A stretch of DNA of 63,231 nt, counting the filler, from Licmophora abbreviata (Eukaryota): NCBI GenBank assembly GCA_900291995.1. It is 13 parts of 13 records of this genome, joined end to end, with 100 filler letters (N's around TTAATTAATTAA, not from the genome) between each part and the next. Parts side by side here need not be neighbours in the genome. Positions count along the whole stretch, not along the records: positions 60,054 to 61,350 come from OLMU01005532.1; positions 61,451 to 63,231 come from OLMU01005536.1; 11 more parts are not named here. One strand, given 5' to 3'. The translations under genes and the position numbers were made by a program. The notes beneath the pieces were generated by a model, which did not search any database, had not been told where the DNA came from, and saw only the letters and a program-made list of their open reading frames with translations. This document shows, one piece after another, positions 60,421 through 63,231 of the stretch; position 1 is the stretch's first letter, and every line of letters starts with the position of its first letter.

Positions 60421-61350
60421 TTATGACAACCACCCATAGCTATGCAAACCTTTACCTAAAAAGTTTACACCTAAATAACATATCCAAATAACAAAAAAAC
60501 CCAACCCTCCTAAAATAGCCGTTCTTTTTCCTTCCCAACCTTTTGTAATACGTGCATGTAAATAAGCTGCAAAGACTAACCATGTAATTAATGCCCAGGT
60601 CTCTTTAGGGTCCCAGCTCCAATAGGAACCCCAAGCTTCATTTGCCCAAACTCCACCAGCAATAATTCCAATTGTTAAAAATGGAAAACCTAATCCAATA
60701 ATTCGGTAGCTCCAATTATCTAAACTTTGTAATAATTTTAATTTACTAAGTTCTGACATCTCATTTGATGGTGCTAGTAATTTCGCCTCGTAATAATCTA
60801 ACATTATATTATATAAAGGTAATGATGAGTCATCCATAGATCTTAAATCAACATCTTTATACTTTGAAATAACTAAAAATAAAATACATAACAATGATCC
60901 CATGATTAATGTTGCATAACTTAATAACATCATACTTACATGCATCATTAACCAATTAGATTGCAGAGCCGGGACCAATGGACTTGATTTTTGCATTTCA
61001 GGTGACAGCGTCAGATTTGCAAAACCATTAATTAATAATGCCACAGGAATTAAAATAGCTCCGATTAATTTACTTTTTGTCTTCGATTCAACATATAAAT
61101 AATCGTTAATAGTGTCCATGTCAAAAATAACAAAGATTCATATAAATTACTTAAAGGAAAATATCCAGCCACAATCCAACGTGAACAAAGAATAAAAAAT
61201 AATAATACGTTAGCTATTATAGCGCTATACTTACCAATTTTTGCAAAAAGATTCGTGTCAGTAAAGAAGGTTAAATTAATCCAATAACTTATCATACCAA
61301 CTAATAAAACCGCAAAAACTATGTTTGATAAAAAATTTTGAATCTCATTC
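60421..61350 (-). CDS. ccsA: Cytochrome c biogenesis protein CcsA; start lost in gap, 1-nt frameshift near 61101
   Basis: [17 protein letters not shown] (upstream frame), then [39 protein letters not shown]. One extra T restores LLTIYLYVESK. Confidence 0.95.
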
Positions 61351-61452
61351 NNNNNNNNNNNNNNNNNNNNNNNNNNNNNNNNNNNNNNNNNNNNTTAATT
61401 AATTAANNNNNNNNNNNNNNNNNNNNNNNNNNNNNNNNNNNNNNNNNNNNAT

Positions 61453-61797
61453 TTTGATTTTATTAAAGAAGAAGTAAAAAATAATAAGTTAGCAATTTAT
61501 CGGGAATATTCTTTATACCCCAAAATTATTAAAGATCTTTCGTTTGTTATTGAGCAGACTGTGACTTTCGAAGAAATACAAAAAGTTTTATTTGCGAACG
61601 GAACAAAATTTTTAAACGAAGTTAATTTATTAGATGAATATAAAGGGAAATCGATTACTGAAAACCACATAAGTCTATGTTTACAATTAGTCTTTCAATC
61701 CGACGAACAAACTTTAGAAAATAAAGAAGTTGAAACTATAATGAATAAACTCCAATTATTGTTACGAAATTCTTTTGAAGTTCAAATAAGAACGTAA
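61453..61797 (+). CDS. syfB: Phenylalanyl-tRNA synthetase beta chain, 3' end
   Basis: Anticodon-binding domain YSLYPKIIKDLSF..LLDEYKG..FQSDEQTL. Confidence 0.9.
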   Translation, partial: FDFIKEEVKNNKLAIYREYSLYPKIIKDLSFVIEQTVTFEEIQKVLFANGTKFLNEVNLLDEYKGKSITENHISLCLQLVFQSDEQTLENKEVETIMNKLQLLLRNSFEVQIRT

Positions 61798-61830
61798 AAG
61801 AGATAATTCTATAATTATTTAGTTATAGAA

Positions 61831-62034
61831 TTATCCACCTCCGACAATTGTAACAATTTCAATCTTATCATTAGATGTAATGAAAATTTTATTCCATTCA
61901 TTTTTATTACATATTGAATTATTATATTCTAATACGAATAGTGAAGTTGTATAATTAAAATATTGAAGTAACTCTAATAATGTTATAGTACTAGATGTTT
62001 GATATTGTTGACCATTTACAAAAAAAAAATTCAT
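61831..62034 (-). CDS. thiS: Thiamine biosynthesis sulfur carrier ThiS (Ycf40)
   Basis: VNG..LEYN..DKIEIVTIVGGG C-terminus. Confidence 0.95.
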   Translation of the reverse strand: MNFFFVNGQQYQTSSTITLLELLQYFNYTTSLFVLEYNNSICNKNEWNKIFITSNDKIEIVTIVGGG

Positions 62035-62141
62035 TGAATAAATATCTAATTTATTTATATACGAATTATACTAATATCTTTTTAATAAATAAACTAGACT
62101 TAAAATGTCGTAAAGTGTTAGACTAACATCAAAAGCAGTTT

Positions 62142-62215
62142 GGCGGGTGTGGCCAAGTGGTTAAGGCAGTGGGTTGTGGTTCCACCATTCGCCGGTTCAA
62201 GTCCGGTCACTCGCC
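62142..62215 (+). tRNA. trnH-GUG: tRNA-His(GUG) with encoded G-1
   Basis: GGCGGGTGTGGCCAAGTGG...TTGTGGT...CACTCGCC. Confidence 0.96.
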
Positions 62216-62276
62216 CTTGTTTATATTTTTGAATATTAAGATTGATAAAATTTACTTATAAAACTAACGGATTTTT

Positions 62277-62894
62277 ATGTCACGTTACAGAGGCCCTAAA
62301 TTAAGAATTACTAGACGATTGGGTACACTACCCGGTTTGACGAAAAAGAAATCAAATAAAATGACAAGGCCAGGACAACATGGTAAAGCCATTGATGATA
62401 ATAGTAAAAAAACTACAGAATATGGTATACGGTTAGAAGAAAAACAAAAGTTAAAGTTCAATTATGGGTTAACGGAGAGTCAGTTATATCGATATATTAA
62501 AGAAGCGCGACGTCGTAAAGGGGTTACAAGTTTAATTTTACTTCAGTTGTTAGAAATGAGATTAGATGTTATTTGTTTTAACTTAGGTTTTGCATCTAGT
62601 ATTGCTCAAGCTCGTCAATTAGTGAATCATGGGCACATAACAGTAAATACTAAAATAGTAAGCATTCCAAGTTTTCAATGTCGTTTAAATGATGTCGTAA
62701 GTATAAAACAAAAAAGCGCTTCACAAACTTTAGTCCAAACTAACATTAAAAATAATCAAACTAAGGAATTACCCACATACCTAAAATTTGATAATTCTAA
62801 GTTAGAAGCAACGGTTTTAGATTATTGTGATCGAAACGACTTAGTATTACAACTCGATGAATTATTAGTTATTGAGTATTATTCACGTCGATAA
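62277..62894 (+). CDS. rps4: Ribosomal protein S4
   Basis: [27 protein letters not shown]. Confidence 0.99.
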   Translation: MSRYRGPKLRITRRLGTLPGLTKKKSNKMTRPGQHGKAIDDNSKKTTEYGIRLEEKQKLKFNYGLTESQLYRYIKEARRRKGVTSLILLQLLEMRLDVICFNLGFASSIAQARQLVNHGHITVNTKIVSIPSFQCRLNDVVSIKQKSASQTLVQTNIKNNQTKELPTYLKFDNSKLEATVLDYCDRNDLVLQLDELLVIEYYSRR

Positions 62895-62958
62895 AAATTA
62901 TTTTATTTATTAAACAAATTTAAGTTTATTATATTTTACTCCAGACAAATATATATAT

Positions 62959-63198
62959 ATGTTAAAATTAAGATTGAAACGAACAGGACGAAAACGTTCA
63001 CCATCCTATCGACTAGTTGTTATGGAAAACACAACTCGTCGTGATGGTAGGCCTATTGAAGAACTTGGATATTATAACCCACTTACAAAACAGTATAATT
63101 TTGATAGTGTCAAAATTACAAAATGGTTAGGTTACGGTGTAAAACCAACTGAAACTGTTTCTGACTTATTGAAAAAAGCTGATATTATTCAGTGTTAA
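62959..63198 (+). CDS. rps16: Ribosomal protein S16
   Basis: MLKLRLKRTGRK..RRDGRPIEELGYYNP. Confidence 0.99.
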   Translation: MLKLRLKRTGRKRSPSYRLVVMENTTRRDGRPIEELGYYNPLTKQYNFDSVKITKWLGYGVKPTETVSDLLKKADIIQC

Positions 63199-63231
63199 AT
63201 ATTAAACAGATGTGAATAAAATCGTATAACT

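Overview
The window is a composite assembly of 13 contigs from a diatom, probably a pennate (inferred from plastid syfB and the gene content). They are joined by 12 identical artificial 100-nt linkers (44 N + TTAATTAATTAA + 44 N). Contig 1 (1-6243) is GC-rich nuclear DNA with three intronless-looking genes: a 5'-truncated PH-domain/coiled-coil/auxilin-type J-domain protein, a NUB1-like UBA protein, and a 3'-truncated plastid-targeted homoserine dehydrogenase. Contig 2 (6344-17151) is a nuclear transposon graveyard. It holds a Ty3/Gypsy-type gag with an internally triplicated core, copia-like gag relics, a DIRS-like RT/RNase H fragment, and CpG-depleted relics. Positions 17252-63231 are about 46 kb of AT-rich red-lineage plastid genome in 11 contigs, mostly in natural order. 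They carry photosystem, cytochrome b6f, ATP synthase, RNA polymerase, Rubisco, Suf and ribosomal protein genes, 18 tRNAs, tmRNA (ssrA) and SRP RNA (ffs). rpoC2 and ccsA each have a single-base frameshift that is most likely a sequencing error. I found no convincing wholly new biological system. The best leads are the PH-auxilin architecture, the triplicated gag, the atypical tmRNA tag end, the long-armed CAU tRNA, a palindrome over the divergent rbcL/sufB promoter, and an anti-tRNA arm inside the trnG promoter.
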